A DNA stretch of 64,000 nucleotides. It comes from Candidatus Omnitrophota bacterium (GTDB taxonomy: Bacteria; Omnitrophota; Gorgyraeia; Zapsychrales; JANLHA01). The position numbers were made by a program, and so were the translations under genes. Under the pieces are notes generated by a model. That model was not told where the DNA came from. It searched no databases and was given only the letters and a program-made list of their open reading frames with translations. The stretch spans positions 132,302-196,301 of the forward strand of contig JAKLFA010000005.1 in the NCBI GenBank assembly GCA_022711395.1. The letters run 5' to 3'. How positions within the stretch are numbered: position 1 is the stretch's first letter; each line of letters begins with the position of its first letter. This document shows positions 1-9,697 of the stretch, piece by piece.

Positions 1-54
1 TAAAAGGAATGCTGGTCTTAGATGAACTGTCCGTGCGGCTGATCTGAACGATTT

Positions 55-1155
55 TCAGAACGCGGCTTTATTCTTTGCGGCAATGCGCTGGGTGTGCTCA
101 AAAAGTTGGGAAAAACATTTCCAGATCGCGTCACGGTATTCCGGTTTCATCTTGAGCTTTTTAACGATCTGCTCGCTGCGCTCAACGCGGGATCTGATCT
201 GGTCAAGAGCGTATTGGAGGCTTCCGGTTTCGACGAAAATTTTGCGGATGGCGCGAAGGTCTGCCAAAGAGATCTTGGGTTTTGAAAAATAACCGAGAAA
301 ATTCTTCCGCTTTTGGCCTTTCAAGGAATTGTAGGCATGGCATACGAGGATCGTTTTTTTGGACTCCTCAATATCACTCAAGATAGATTTTCCGATATTT
401 TTTTCTGTATCGAACACGCCGATAATATCATCCTGGATCTGAAAGGCTTGACCGATCAAAAGGCCCAGCTCCGCCAAAAGTTTGGTTTCCTTGGGCCCCG
501 CGCCCGACAGGAGGGCGCCAACGACCAAAGGGCAGTCAAAGGTATAACGCGCCGTCTTGAGAGAATAGTTGAGAAAGACATCGTATTCTGAGACTTTATT
601 GATCGGTAAAACCCCGTTCAGCGTATCGACAAATTCCCCCATGGCGGTAAAGGCTGCTGTTTGCACGAAGTATTTCAGGGCCTTTTCCATGCGCTTGGGG
701 GTTTCTTTAAAGGAAAGAAAGGCATCGATCGCCAAGGCGTAGACAATGTCTCCTGCGATAATACCCAGGTCAATGCCTAACTGATCGGGATTGCGGGAGG
801 GAGCGGCCTTACGCAACATCCTGTGCATGGTCGGTTTTCCCCGGCGCAGGTCAGACCGGTCAATAATGTCATCGTGGATCAGCATGAAATTATGCAAAAG
901 CTCGATGCAGGTGGATGCGTGATAAATATCCGTTGTGATATCCTGATTTTTACGTGAATAGCCCTGGTAAGAAAGGATCAAGAGCACGGGCCTGATGCGC
1001 TTGCCTTTGCGCAGGACAAAATCCTTGATGCTTTCAAACAGGAATGGATTAATCGTGAACAGGTTGTATTCATCACAGGCGCGATCGACAAAATTTTCAA
1101 GGCTGGCGTCGATGTTTTTGCGGATGTGTTCTAGCATAGGGGGGTATCGTAACAC
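55..1155 (-). CDS. polyprenyl diphosphate synthase (trans-isoprenyl diphosphate synthase family)
   Basis: 366 aa; first Asp-rich motif LIHDDIIDRSD and second motif FQIQDDIIGVFD, typical of IspA/IspB-type prenyltransferases. Confidence 0.85.
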   Translation of the reverse strand: MLRYPPMLEHIRKNIDASLENFVDRACDEYNLFTINPFLFESIKDFVLRKGKRIRPVLLILSYQGYSRKNQDITTDIYHASTCIELLHNFMLIHDDIIDRSDLRRGKPTMHRMLRKAAPSRNPDQLGIDLGIIAGDIVYALAIDAFLSFKETPKRMEKALKYFVQTAAFTAMGEFVDTLNGVLPINKVSEYDVFLNYSLKTARYTFDCPLVVGALLSGAGPKETKLLAELGLLIGQAFQIQDDIIGVFDTEKNIGKSILSDIEESKKTILVCHAYNSLKGQKRKNFLGYFSKPKISLADLRAIRKIFVETGSLQYALDQIRSRVERSEQIVKKLKMKPEYRDAIWKCFSQLFEHTQRIAAKNKAAF

Positions 1156-1226
1156 ACAAAAAGAGGGAGTTCAATATATTTTCGGGGCCAAAAAAACAGG
1201 ATAAGGCTGTTGCTTCTTCGTCCGGA

Positions 1227-1235
1227 TGATATAAT
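1227..1235 (+). promoter_or_regulatory. extended -10 element (TGATATAAT) upstream of the 1250 ORF
   Basis: TGnTATAAT match 15 nt upstream of a good RBS (AAAAGGAGA) and ATG at 1256/1250; the -35 box is weak. Confidence 0.35.
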
Positions 1236-1249
1236 ACAGCAAAAAGGAG

Positions 1250-1858
1250 ATGCGCATGAAAAAGGCGATCGTTGCCCTGTTGTTTTTGACATGTTTTATG
1301 GCCTCAAACGGGTTTTGTGAGGATTTTGTTTATTTGAAGAATGGAAAGGCCGTTTCCGGAGAGATCGTTCAGGAAACCCCCTATTCCATTAAGATCCGTA
1401 AAAGCAATGGTTCGGTCGAAGGGTTTTATGCCGATGAGATCGAACGTGTCGTTCGCGGAAATGACTCATCCGCTCAATTGACGGGGGCCCCGGATGAAAA
1501 GGCCGTTTTTCCTGAGCTTTCCGCGATTCCCGATCGGAAAAAAGAACTGATCCTGAGATTTTTGAAAGTCAGCGGAGTCTATGAATCCGTGTCCGAGTCC
1601 CTGGACAGCGTTGTCAAAAACCTCTCTGAGGATAAGCGTGCGGAAATCCGTAAAATCCTCTCTGTGGATGATCTGCTCATGCGCGTCGTGCCGATTTACG
1701 CAGCCTATTATAATGAGGAAGAGATCTCCGTATTGATCGATTATTACGGAAATCCTGTCATTCAAAAAAACATGAAATTGACCCCTCAAATTCTGCAGAG
1801 CGTCTTAAATGAGGTCATGAGGCATTTATCTCAAAAACTTCAAACATTGACTCCCTGA
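1250..1858 (+). CDS. secreted/periplasmic hypothetical protein (DUF2059-like C-terminus)
   Basis: N-terminal signal peptide MKKAIVALLFLTCFMASNGFC, with a possible lipobox-like Cys. Has a good RBS. The N-domain LKNGKAVSGEIV motif is shared with the ORF at 19147. Confidence 0.6.
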   Translation: MRMKKAIVALLFLTCFMASNGFCEDFVYLKNGKAVSGEIVQETPYSIKIRKSNGSVEGFYADEIERVVRGNDSSAQLTGAPDEKAVFPELSAIPDRKKELILRFLKVSGVYESVSESLDSVVKNLSEDKRAEIRKILSVDDLLMRVVPIYAAYYNEEEISVLIDYYGNPVIQKNMKLTPQILQSVLNEVMRHLSQKLQTLTP

Positions 1859-2136
1859 TCGCTTTTCGTTAAATTACACAACATATTGATTTTATTATAG
1901 TTAGAATATCAGACGAATGTCTGGAAAACTTTCGCGCGAGGAGCATCTTAGATTCAAAAACCTATTATTTTCAATGGGTTATGAATTTTATAATAGAAAT
2001 GATGGCCTCTTTGCGTATTTTAAGTTGCTTTTAAAAAAAGTTTTTGATATATTATGGAAGTTCTTAAAAATATATCTATTAAATATTAGTAACGATATTT
2101 AATCCCACCACACGTGTAAAGAATAGGAGTCGAGGT

Positions 2137-3435
2137 ATGATTGAACGCTACACGCTTTCCAAAATGGGTAACATTTGGACCGACGAACACAAGTTTTCAA
2201 TTATGCTCAAGATTGAAGTCCTGGTCTGCGAGGCCATGTCAAGGCTCGGTCAGATTCCCAAAAAGTCTCTGGAGAATATCAAAAAGAACGCAAGGTTCAA
2301 CATTGACGAGATCCGCGAACTGGAAGAAAAGACCAAGCATGATATTGTGGCGTTCATCAACAACGTCGGGAAATATATCGGACCGGAAGCGCGTTATTTT
2401 CATATGGGGTTGACGTCTTCGGATCTTTTGGATACCACTCTTTCAGTGCAGTGCGTTGAGGCCTGCGATATCCTTTTGGCTGATATTAAGAAGTTCATGC
2501 TGGCCCTTAAAAAACAATGCAAAAAATATAAAGATACGACCTGTATCGCCCGCACGCATGGAGTTCACGCGGAACCGACGACGCTGGGCCTTAAACTGGC
2601 CAACTGGTATGATGAGACCCGCAGGAACTGTGAGCGTCTGGAGAGGGCCAGGGACGAGATCAGTTTAGGAAAACTTTCCGGGGCAGTTGGAACATATGCC
2701 AACATTGATCCTTCGGTCGAAGAATATGTCTGCAGCAAACTTGGTCTTAAACCTGTCAATATTGCCACACAGATCATTTCCCGGGATATCCACTGTCAAT
2801 TCATGACAACGATCGCTTTGATCGGCTCTTCGTTGGACAAATTCGCAACGGAGATCCGCGCCTTGCAGAAGACGGAGCTTCGTGAGATCGAGGAGCCGTT
2901 TTTCAAAGGCCAGGTGGGGTCTTCTGCCATGCCGCATAAGCGCAATCCTGTGACATGCGAGCGTATTTCAGGGCTTTCTCGTCTGTTGCGCTCTAACGCG
3001 CAGGCTGCTTTTGAGAATATCAATCTTTGGCATGAACGGGACATCAGCCATTCATCGGTCGAACGGGTTATTTTACCGGACAGCACGATCGCACTGGATT
3101 ATATGTTCCACAAATTCACGCCGATCATTGAGGGCCTGCTTGTTTATCCCAAGAATATGGTCGAGAGCTTGACCAAAACAAAAGGGCTGATTTATTCTCA
3201 ACGCGTTCTGCTGGAACTGATGAACAAGGGCCTGGCGCGTGAAGAGGCGTATGAGATCATCCAGCGCTGCGCGATGCAGGTGTGGGATGAGAGTTCAGCT
3301 GATTTCCGCGACGTGTTGATCAGGGATCGAAAAGTGCGCAAATATCTTTCGGAGTCGAACATTAACGCTTGTTTTGATATTAAGCATTACACCCGGCATC
3401 GTGATTATATTTTCAAACGGGTCGGCCTTAAATAA
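2137..3435 (+). CDS. purB: adenylosuccinate lyase
   Basis: 432 aa; fumarate-lyase signature region GSSAMPHKRNP; full-length similarity to PurB. Confidence 0.95.
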   Translation: MIERYTLSKMGNIWTDEHKFSIMLKIEVLVCEAMSRLGQIPKKSLENIKKNARFNIDEIRELEEKTKHDIVAFINNVGKYIGPEARYFHMGLTSSDLLDTTLSVQCVEACDILLADIKKFMLALKKQCKKYKDTTCIARTHGVHAEPTTLGLKLANWYDETRRNCERLERARDEISLGKLSGAVGTYANIDPSVEEYVCSKLGLKPVNIATQIISRDIHCQFMTTIALIGSSLDKFATEIRALQKTELREIEEPFFKGQVGSSAMPHKRNPVTCERISGLSRLLRSNAQAAFENINLWHERDISHSSVERVILPDSTIALDYMFHKFTPIIEGLLVYPKNMVESLTKTKGLIYSQRVLLELMNKGLAREEAYEIIQRCAMQVWDESSADFRDVLIRDRKVRKYLSESNINACFDIKHYTRHRDYIFKRVGLK

Positions 3436-3467
3436 TAATGTCTTTGGCTACAAGAAAGGGTGTGAGT

Positions 3468-4172
3468 ATGGAAAAGCGCGAGAAGCTTTATGAGGGCAAG
3501 GCCAAGATCATTTATGCCACGGATAATCCTGATCTGGTGATCCAATATTTTAAGGATGATGCCACGGCGTTCAACGCCAAGAAAAAGGGCACGATCCAGC
3601 AGAAAGGGATCGTTAACAACGCGATCGCCTCCAAGCTGTTTGAATATCTGGGCTCTCATGGAATACCGACCCATTTTGTGAAAAAGCTGAGCGAGCGGGA
3701 AATGCTGGTCAAAAAAGTGGAGATCGTCCCGTTGGAGGTTATTGTGCGCAATGTGGCGGCCGGGTCTTTGTGCCGTCTTCTTGGGCTTGAAGAGGGGAGG
3801 GCCCTTCTGCAGCCGACTTTTGAATTCTGCTACAAAGCGGACGCCTTGAATGATCCGATGATCAATGAGTCCCATGTGCTGGCCCTTGATTTGGCCAAAG
3901 AAAAGGAAATGCTCAAGATCAAAGACATGACGATGAAGATCAATGATCTTCTGAAGAAATTTTTTGCTACGCTGAACGTGAACTTGATCGATTTTAAGCT
4001 CGAGTTCGGACGATATAAAGGCGACATCATTCTCGCGGATGAGATTTCTCCTGACACGTGCCGTCTTTGGGAGATCGGCACTAACCGCAAGCTGGATAAG
4101 GATCGTTTCCGTCAAGATCTCGGGAATATCGAGGAAGCCTACCAAGAGATCATGGCGAAAGTAACCGGTTAA
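3468..4172 (+). CDS. purC: phosphoribosylaminoimidazole-succinocarboxamide synthase (SAICAR synthetase)
   Basis: MEKREKLYEGKAKIIYATD... is the classical PurC N-terminus. The ATG at 3468 has an RBS (AAAGGGTG); the ORF-track start at 3438 lacks one. Confidence 0.93.
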   Translation: MEKREKLYEGKAKIIYATDNPDLVIQYFKDDATAFNAKKKGTIQQKGIVNNAIASKLFEYLGSHGIPTHFVKKLSEREMLVKKVEIVPLEVIVRNVAAGSLCRLLGLEEGRALLQPTFEFCYKADALNDPMINESHVLALDLAKEKEMLKIKDMTMKINDLLKKFFATLNVNLIDFKLEFGRYKGDIILADEISPDTCRLWEIGTNRKLDKDRFRQDLGNIEEAYQEIMAKVTG

Positions 4173-4267
4173 AACAATACGAAAGCAAAAGGCATAACGG
4201 GCGCCAGCGCAAGGCTTTGGTATTCAGCTCCAGGCGATAGAACGCGCTCTTGCTTTATTTTTAAAAT

Positions 4268-7177
4268 ATGTTCTGGCGAGTTGAAGTTCGTGAAAAATCC
4301 GATGTGTTTGACGCTCTTGGGGAAAGCGTGCATAAAAGCATCCTTGACCTGAGGCTTGACCATGTCCAGAAAGTCCACGTAATCCAGGTCTATATTTTTG
4401 AAGGGGACTTGGGCCAAAGGGAAGTTGAAAAGATCGCTGCTGAGCTTTTGACGGACAATGTCTCTCAGGAGTATTCTATTACGGAAGGTCAATACCCTGT
4501 CTTTGACCATTCGAATTCAAAACACCTCACTATTGAGATCGCGTTCAATCCCGGGGTCATGGATCCGGTCGAGGCCTCTACGTTAAAAGGGGTTCGTGAC
4601 CTTGGTGTCCAGGGAGTGAAAGCCGTTCATACCGCTAAACAGTATCATCTTTATGGTCCGGTCACTTCACAGGAGCGCCAATTGATCGTCGACAAAGTGC
4701 TGGCGAACAAACTGATCCAGCACGAGGTTCGGGAGACGGCGCAACCGCATAAGGCTCAAGCCGCGTCTGCTGTGCCCCAGGCGGTCAAGGTCATCACTGT
4801 GGATATTTTGGCAGCCGATGAAAAACGTCTTCTTGAGATCAGCCAAAAAGGGCAGCTGTTCTTGAATCTGAACGAAATGAAGACGATCCAAGGCTATTTT
4901 AAGAATTTGGGGAGAAACCCGACGGATTGCGAACTTGAAACGGTCGCCCAGACCTGGAGTGAGCATTGCAATCACAAGACGTTCCGAGGTAAGATCCGCT
5001 GCGAGGTCGTTGAGAACGGCCAGACGAAGATCATTGAGATCGACAATCTGTTTAAGTCCACGATCGCTAAAGCGACGCATGACCTGAATAAGCCCTGGTG
5101 TGTTTCTGTTTTTCACGATAATGCCGGGATCATTGAATTTGACGATGAGCATGATGTGTGTTTTAAGGTGGAGACGCATAATCATCCGTCCGCTTTGGAG
5201 CCGTTCGGCGGGGCAAATACCGGGATCGGCGGAGTATTAAGAGACACCATGGGAACGGGGCTGGGGGCCAAACCGGTCTGCAACACGGATATTTTTTGTT
5301 TTGCTCCGCCGGATTTTCCGCATGACCGGCTTCCGGCGGGAACGCTTCATCCCAAGCGGATCATGAAGGGCGTTGTTTCGGGCGTGCGCGATTACGGAAA
5401 CAAGATGGGTATACCGACGGTCAACGGTTCGATCATTTTTGATAAACATTTTGTGGGCAATCCTCTTGTGTACTGCGGCAATATCGGTATTATCCCTCGC
5501 GGAAAAGAGAGTAAAGAAACGTATACAGGCGATCTGATCGTTGCGGTGGGCGGGCGCACAGGGCGTGACGGGATCCACGGCGCGACCTTTTCCTCGGGCG
5601 AGTTGACCTCTGAATCGGAAGTGGTTTCTTCCGGCGCGGTCCAGATCGGGGACCCGATCCAGGAAAAAAAGGTGCTGGATGTTCAGCTCAAGGCCCGTGA
5701 CGAAGGGTTATATACGGCGGTGACGGATTGCGGGGCGGGCGGGTTTTCGAGTGCGGTGGGCGAGATGGGAGCTAAGACCGGCGCCAGGGTGGACCTGGAT
5801 AAAGCGCCGCTCAAATACAAGGGCCTGTCTTACATGGAGATCTGGATTTCTGAATCGCAGGAGCGCATGGTATTTTCGGTGCCGCCTAAGAATATCGATC
5901 GTTTTTTGGAGCTGTTCGCCCAGGAGAATGTTGAAGCGACCGTCATTGGGGAATTCACAAAGACCGGGCGGCTAGAGCTTTTTTATAGCGACGAAAAGGT
6001 CTGCGACCTGGACATGAGCTTTTTGCATGACGGTGTTCCCAAAATCACCAAGCAGGCCGTTTGGCGGTCCAAGGAGAACGCGGAGCCCCAGATAAAGCCG
6101 GCGCAAGATCTGACGCCGCAGCTTGAGGGGGCGTTGTCCCATTTTAATGTTTGCTCCAAAGAGTGGGTCGTGCGTCAATATGATCATGAAGTCCAGGGCG
6201 GAAGCGTGATCAAGCCTTTTGTGGGGGTCGATTGTGACGGACCGTCGGATGCCGCTGTCGTGGCCCCGAAGATGGGCTCACAGAAAGGGTTCGCGGTTTC
6301 CAACGGGATCAACATCCGTTACGGGATGATCGATCCGTTCTGGATGGCCGCGGGCTGCGTTGATGAAGCGGTCCGACAGATCGTTGCGGTCGGTGGTAAC
6401 CCGCAGAGGATCGCGCTTTTGGATAATTTTTGTTGGGGAAACCCGGACAAGCCGGACCGCCTGGGAGGGTTGGTGCGTTGCGCGCAGGGCTGTTATCAGG
6501 CTGCGGTGGAGTATGGAGCGCCGTTCATTTCCGGCAAGGACAGTTTGTACAATGAATACGCGGAAGGCGGTGAATCGATCGCGATCCCCGGAACAATTTT
6601 GATCTCCGCCATCGGGATCATGGATGATGTTTCGAAGGCCGTGACCATGGACCTGAAAAAGGAAGGGAACCTTATTTATATCGTCGGTGTCACGCGTGAT
6701 GAGCTGGGCGGATCGGTGTATTACGATATTAATGGCTGTTTGGGGGCTTCTGTTCCCCGAGTGGATTTCAAACAGGGCCAGGCTGTTTTTGAAGCGGTTT
6801 ACGCTGCCACGCAGAAAGGACTGGCAGCTTCCATCCATGATTGTTCTGACGGAGGGATGGCGGTCGCTTTGGCGGAGATGGCTTTCAGCGGGGGGCTTGG
6901 GCTTGAAGCGCGGCTTTCCCGGGTCCCGTTCGAGGGAAAGGACAAACGCAATGACACGCTTTTGTTTTCTGAAACGCATTCGCGGCTGCTGATCGAGGTC
7001 GATCCTAAAGACCAAAAAATATTTGAGGGTGTTTTTAAGGGCGTTCCGTTCGGATTGATCGGAAAGGTGACAAAGGTTGCGGAAGTTGTGATCTTTGGTC
7101 TGGATGATAAGACGCCGTGCGTCAAGGGCGGGATCAGGCAACTGAAATCAAAATGGCAGGCTCCGTTGGCGTGGTAA
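4268..7177 (+). CDS. purL: phosphoribosylformylglycinamidine synthase, PurS-PurL fusion
   Basis: 969 aa. The N-terminal ~80 aa are PurS-like (FWRVEVREK...VHVIQVYIFEG). The rest is FGAM synthase II with AIRS-like domains (HNHPSALEPFGGANTGIGG, GDPIQEKK). Confidence 0.9.
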   Translation: MFWRVEVREKSDVFDALGESVHKSILDLRLDHVQKVHVIQVYIFEGDLGQREVEKIAAELLTDNVSQEYSITEGQYPVFDHSNSKHLTIEIAFNPGVMDPVEASTLKGVRDLGVQGVKAVHTAKQYHLYGPVTSQERQLIVDKVLANKLIQHEVRETAQPHKAQAASAVPQAVKVITVDILAADEKRLLEISQKGQLFLNLNEMKTIQGYFKNLGRNPTDCELETVAQTWSEHCNHKTFRGKIRCEVVENGQTKIIEIDNLFKSTIAKATHDLNKPWCVSVFHDNAGIIEFDDEHDVCFKVETHNHPSALEPFGGANTGIGGVLRDTMGTGLGAKPVCNTDIFCFAPPDFPHDRLPAGTLHPKRIMKGVVSGVRDYGNKMGIPTVNGSIIFDKHFVGNPLVYCGNIGIIPRGKESKETYTGDLIVAVGGRTGRDGIHGATFSSGELTSESEVVSSGAVQIGDPIQEKKVLDVQLKARDEGLYTAVTDCGAGGFSSAVGEMGAKTGARVDLDKAPLKYKGLSYMEIWISESQERMVFSVPPKNIDRFLELFAQENVEATVIGEFTKTGRLELFYSDEKVCDLDMSFLHDGVPKITKQAVWRSKENAEPQIKPAQDLTPQLEGALSHFNVCSKEWVVRQYDHEVQGGSVIKPFVGVDCDGPSDAAVVAPKMGSQKGFAVSNGINIRYGMIDPFWMAAGCVDEAVRQIVAVGGNPQRIALLDNFCWGNPDKPDRLGGLVRCAQGCYQAAVEYGAPFISGKDSLYNEYAEGGESIAIPGTILISAIGIMDDVSKAVTMDLKKEGNLIYIVGVTRDELGGSVYYDINGCLGASVPRVDFKQGQAVFEAVYAATQKGLAASIHDCSDGGMAVALAEMAFSGGLGLEARLSRVPFEGKDKRNDTLLFSETHSRLLIEVDPKDQKIFEGVFKGVPFGLIGKVTKVAEVVIFGLDDKTPCVKGGIRQLKSKWQAPLAW

Positions 7178-7203
7178 TTGATCCTTAATCGAAGGAGAAA
7201 AGA

Positions 7204-7866
7204 ATGGTCCAATCTTCAGAACAAATACCCAATCAACTTAAATTTGAAGATCCATGGCGGGTATTCCGCATCATGGCGGAGTTTGTGAGCGGTTTTGAAC
7301 AGTTCGCGGAGATCAATAATGCTGTCACGATCTTCGGATCCGCGCGGACCAAGCCGGAAGACCCGATGTATCAAAAAACGGTGAAGACGGCGGAGCTTTT
7401 TGTGAAAGAGGGTTTCGCGGTCATTACCGGCGGCGGGCCGGGCATCATGGAGGCCGGGAATAAAGGCGCCAAGGAATCCGGAGGAGAGTCGATCGGGCTG
7501 AACATTGACCTCCCATTCGAACAGAAACCAAATCCGTTCATCACCCGCTTGGTCAATTTTCATTATTTTTTTATCCGCAAGGTGATGTTTTTGAAGTATG
7601 CCAAGGCCTTTGTGGTTTTCCCGGGAGGGTTCGGGACCCTGGATGAGCTTTTTGAATGCATCACCCTCGTGCAGACCCGGCGCGTGCAGACGTGCCCGAT
7701 CGTTCTTGTCGGGAAGGATTTTTGGGGCGATATGGTCAAGTGGGTCGAGAATAAATTATTGGGGGAAAAAAAGATCAATCCCACGGACATGGAATTATTC
7801 CATGTTGTGGATGAGCCTCATGAGGCCGTTCAGGTCGTGAAAGATTTTTATAAGAACAATAAATGA
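7204..7866 (+). CDS. LOG family protein (TIGR00730 Rossmann-fold nucleotide 5'-monophosphate phosphoribohydrolase/nucleosidase)
   Basis: 220 aa; motifs ITGGGPGIMEAGNKGA and VVFPGGFGTLDELFE diagnostic of LOG/PpnN-like lysine-decarboxylase-like proteins. Confidence 0.85.
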   Translation: MVQSSEQIPNQLKFEDPWRVFRIMAEFVSGFEQFAEINNAVTIFGSARTKPEDPMYQKTVKTAELFVKEGFAVITGGGPGIMEAGNKGAKESGGESIGLNIDLPFEQKPNPFITRLVNFHYFFIRKVMFLKYAKAFVVFPGGFGTLDELFECITLVQTRRVQTCPIVLVGKDFWGDMVKWVENKLLGEKKINPTDMELFHVVDEPHEAVQVVKDFYKNNK

Positions 7867-8678
7867 TGAGCAAGAAACCAAAAGTTCTAGTTTTGCGTAC
7901 GGCAGGCACCAATTGTGACCAGGAGACGGGGTTCGCATTCCAATATTTTGGGGCGCAGGCTGATTTTGTGCACGTGAACTCCCTGTTGTCCGGAAAGGTC
8001 CAGTTAAGGGATTATCATATTTTGGCCATTCCGGGAGGATTCACGTATGGGGATGATATTATTTCCGGCCGAATTCTCGCCAATGAACTGAAACTGCGTT
8101 TAGGAAAAGACCTTCAGGAATTCATTGATGAGGAAAAATTGATCATCGGGATCTGCAATGGTTTTCAGGTCCTCGTGCGGGCAGGGATCCTTCCCGGCGA
8201 ATTGCAGGGAAAAACCGTCTGGACGCCGAAAACGGAGCAGACATGCACGTTGACGTACAATGATTCCGCGAAATTCGAGGACCGTTGGGTCCATTTAAAG
8301 AAGAGCGGAGGATCGGTGTGGGTCGATGGGGTCGATGAGCTTCTTTATATTCCGGTGGCGCATGCGGAAGGGAAGTTCTTGACCCGGAACAGCGATATTC
8401 TGGATCAGCTGATCTCTAACGGGCAGGTCGTTTTCAGATATTGCTTGTCTGACGGATCGGAGCCGTCTTATCCGCATAATCCTAATGGGTCGGTCGAACA
8501 TATCGCCGGTATTACCGACCGGACGGGAAGGGTTCTGGGGATGATGCCGCATCCTGAAAGGCATTTTCTTTCGCGCCAGCATCCGTTCTGGACTCGCATG
8601 GACCGTAAGGGGTCGTTAGGTCAGGGGGCAAAAATTTTTGAGAACGGCGTTCGTTACGTGAAGGACCATCTTTTATGA
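7863..8678 (+). CDS. purQ: phosphoribosylformylglycinamidine synthase I (glutaminase subunit)
   Basis: 271 aa; class-I glutamine amidotransferase with catalytic Cys in GICNGFQ; translationally coupled (ATGA overlap) with upstream gene. Confidence 0.95.
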   Translation: MMSKKPKVLVLRTAGTNCDQETGFAFQYFGAQADFVHVNSLLSGKVQLRDYHILAIPGGFTYGDDIISGRILANELKLRLGKDLQEFIDEEKLIIGICNGFQVLVRAGILPGELQGKTVWTPKTEQTCTLTYNDSAKFEDRWVHLKKSGGSVWVDGVDELLYIPVAHAEGKFLTRNSDILDQLISNGQVVFRYCLSDGSEPSYPHNPNGSVEHIAGITDRTGRVLGMMPHPERHFLSRQHPFWTRMDRKGSLGQGAKIFENGVRYVKDHLL

Positions 8679-9697
8679 AAAAAATGACGTATAAATCGAG
8701 CGGAGTAGATATCGACGCGGGAAATGCGTTTGTCCGTGATATCCAATCTTCCGTGCGGTCGACCTTTGTGGATGGAGTTTGTTTGACCAAGGCGGGTTTT
8801 GGGGGATTGTTCTCTCTTAAGCCGGGGGAATACAAAGATCCGGTCATGGTCTCTTCAACAGACGGCGTCGGGACAAAGCTTTTGATCGCTCAGGCCAATC
8901 AGGTTCATGACACCGTCGGGATCGATCTGGTCGCGATGAATGTGAACGACATCCTTTGCGTGGGAGCCAAACCTCTGTTCTTTCTGGATTACATCGCCTG
9001 CGGAAAACTTGATCGCAAAGTGCTGGCGGATGTTGTCAAAGGAATAGCCCGTGGCTGCCGTCAGGCGGGATGCGCCTTGATCGGTGGAGAGACCGCCGAA
9101 ATGCCGGATCTATACGCGAAGGATGAATATGACCTGGCCGGTTTTACGGTGGGCGTCGTGGAGCGTTCCAGGATCATTGATGGTTCCAGGATCCGTGAAG
9201 GGGATGCGGTCATTGGCCTGCCGTCGAGCGGGATCCATTCCAACGGCTACAGCCTGGTGCGCAAGGTATTCTCAAAGTCCGAGCAGAAGGCGCGCGTGCG
9301 GGAGATCCTTAAGCCGACCAAAATTTATATTAAAGACGTTCTCCCGGTGATCGAGAAGTTTGATATTAAGGGCATCGCCCATGTTACCGGAGGGGCGTAT
9401 TACGAAAAATTGACAAAGATCCTGCCTCAAGGGCTGTGTTTTGAAATTAAAAAGGGAAGCTGGCCCATTCCGAAGGTCTTTAAGGATATCCAGGCAAAGG
9501 GCCATGTTCCTGAAGAAGATATGTATAAAACATTTAATATGGGTATCGGTCTGGCCATGGTGGTCGCGCCTGAAGTCCAACAACAGGTCTCGTCCGCTTT
9601 TAGGACAGCCAGGGTCCGTCATTATGTGATCGGGCGGGTCGTCTCTGATAAGAAACAACGGATCGTGTTCGTGTCTCAGGGAAAGGGTTCCAAATGA
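8675..9697 (+). CDS. purM: phosphoribosylformylglycinamidine cyclo-ligase (AIR synthetase)
   Basis: 340 aa; MTYKSSGVDIDAGN... and AIRS N/C domains. Confidence 0.95.
   Translation: MKKMTYKSSGVDIDAGNAFVRDIQSSVRSTFVDGVCLTKAGFGGLFSLKPGEYKDPVMVSSTDGVGTKLLIAQANQVHDTVGIDLVAMNVNDILCVGAKPLFFLDYIACGKLDRKVLADVVKGIARGCRQAGCALIGGETAEMPDLYAKDEYDLAGFTVGVVERSRIIDGSRIREGDAVIGLPSSGIHSNGYSLVRKVFSKSEQKARVREILKPTKIYIKDVLPVIEKFDIKGIAHVTGGAYYEKLTKILPQGLCFEIKKGSWPIPKVFKDIQAKGHVPEEDMYKTFNMGIGLAMVVAPEVQQQVSSAFRTARVRHYVIGRVVSDKKQRIVFVSQGKGSK

Noticed and set aside
1917-2102. 61-aa ORF in the AT-rich purB leader
   Set aside because: Low-complexity K/L/F/I/Y-rich translation, no RBS; most likely a chance ORF in AT-rich DNA.
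1859-2136. Purine (guanine/adenine) or ZTP riboswitch upstream of purB
   Set aside because: I could not find the conserved junction nucleotides or pseudoknot cores of either class by eye. This needs an Infernal scan to be sure.
3438-3467. Upstream start for purC (MSLATRKGVS...)
   Set aside because: No RBS, and the extension is not part of the PurC fold. The ATG at 3468 has a Shine-Dalgarno sequence.
3405-4145. 246-aa ORF on the minus strand
   Set aside because: It lies entirely antisense to purC, whose homology is unambiguous. This is a shadow ORF typical of GC-balanced coding DNA.
6278-7141. 287-aa minus-strand ORF
   Set aside because: Antisense to purL; no motifs; Ser/Arg-rich low-complexity translation.
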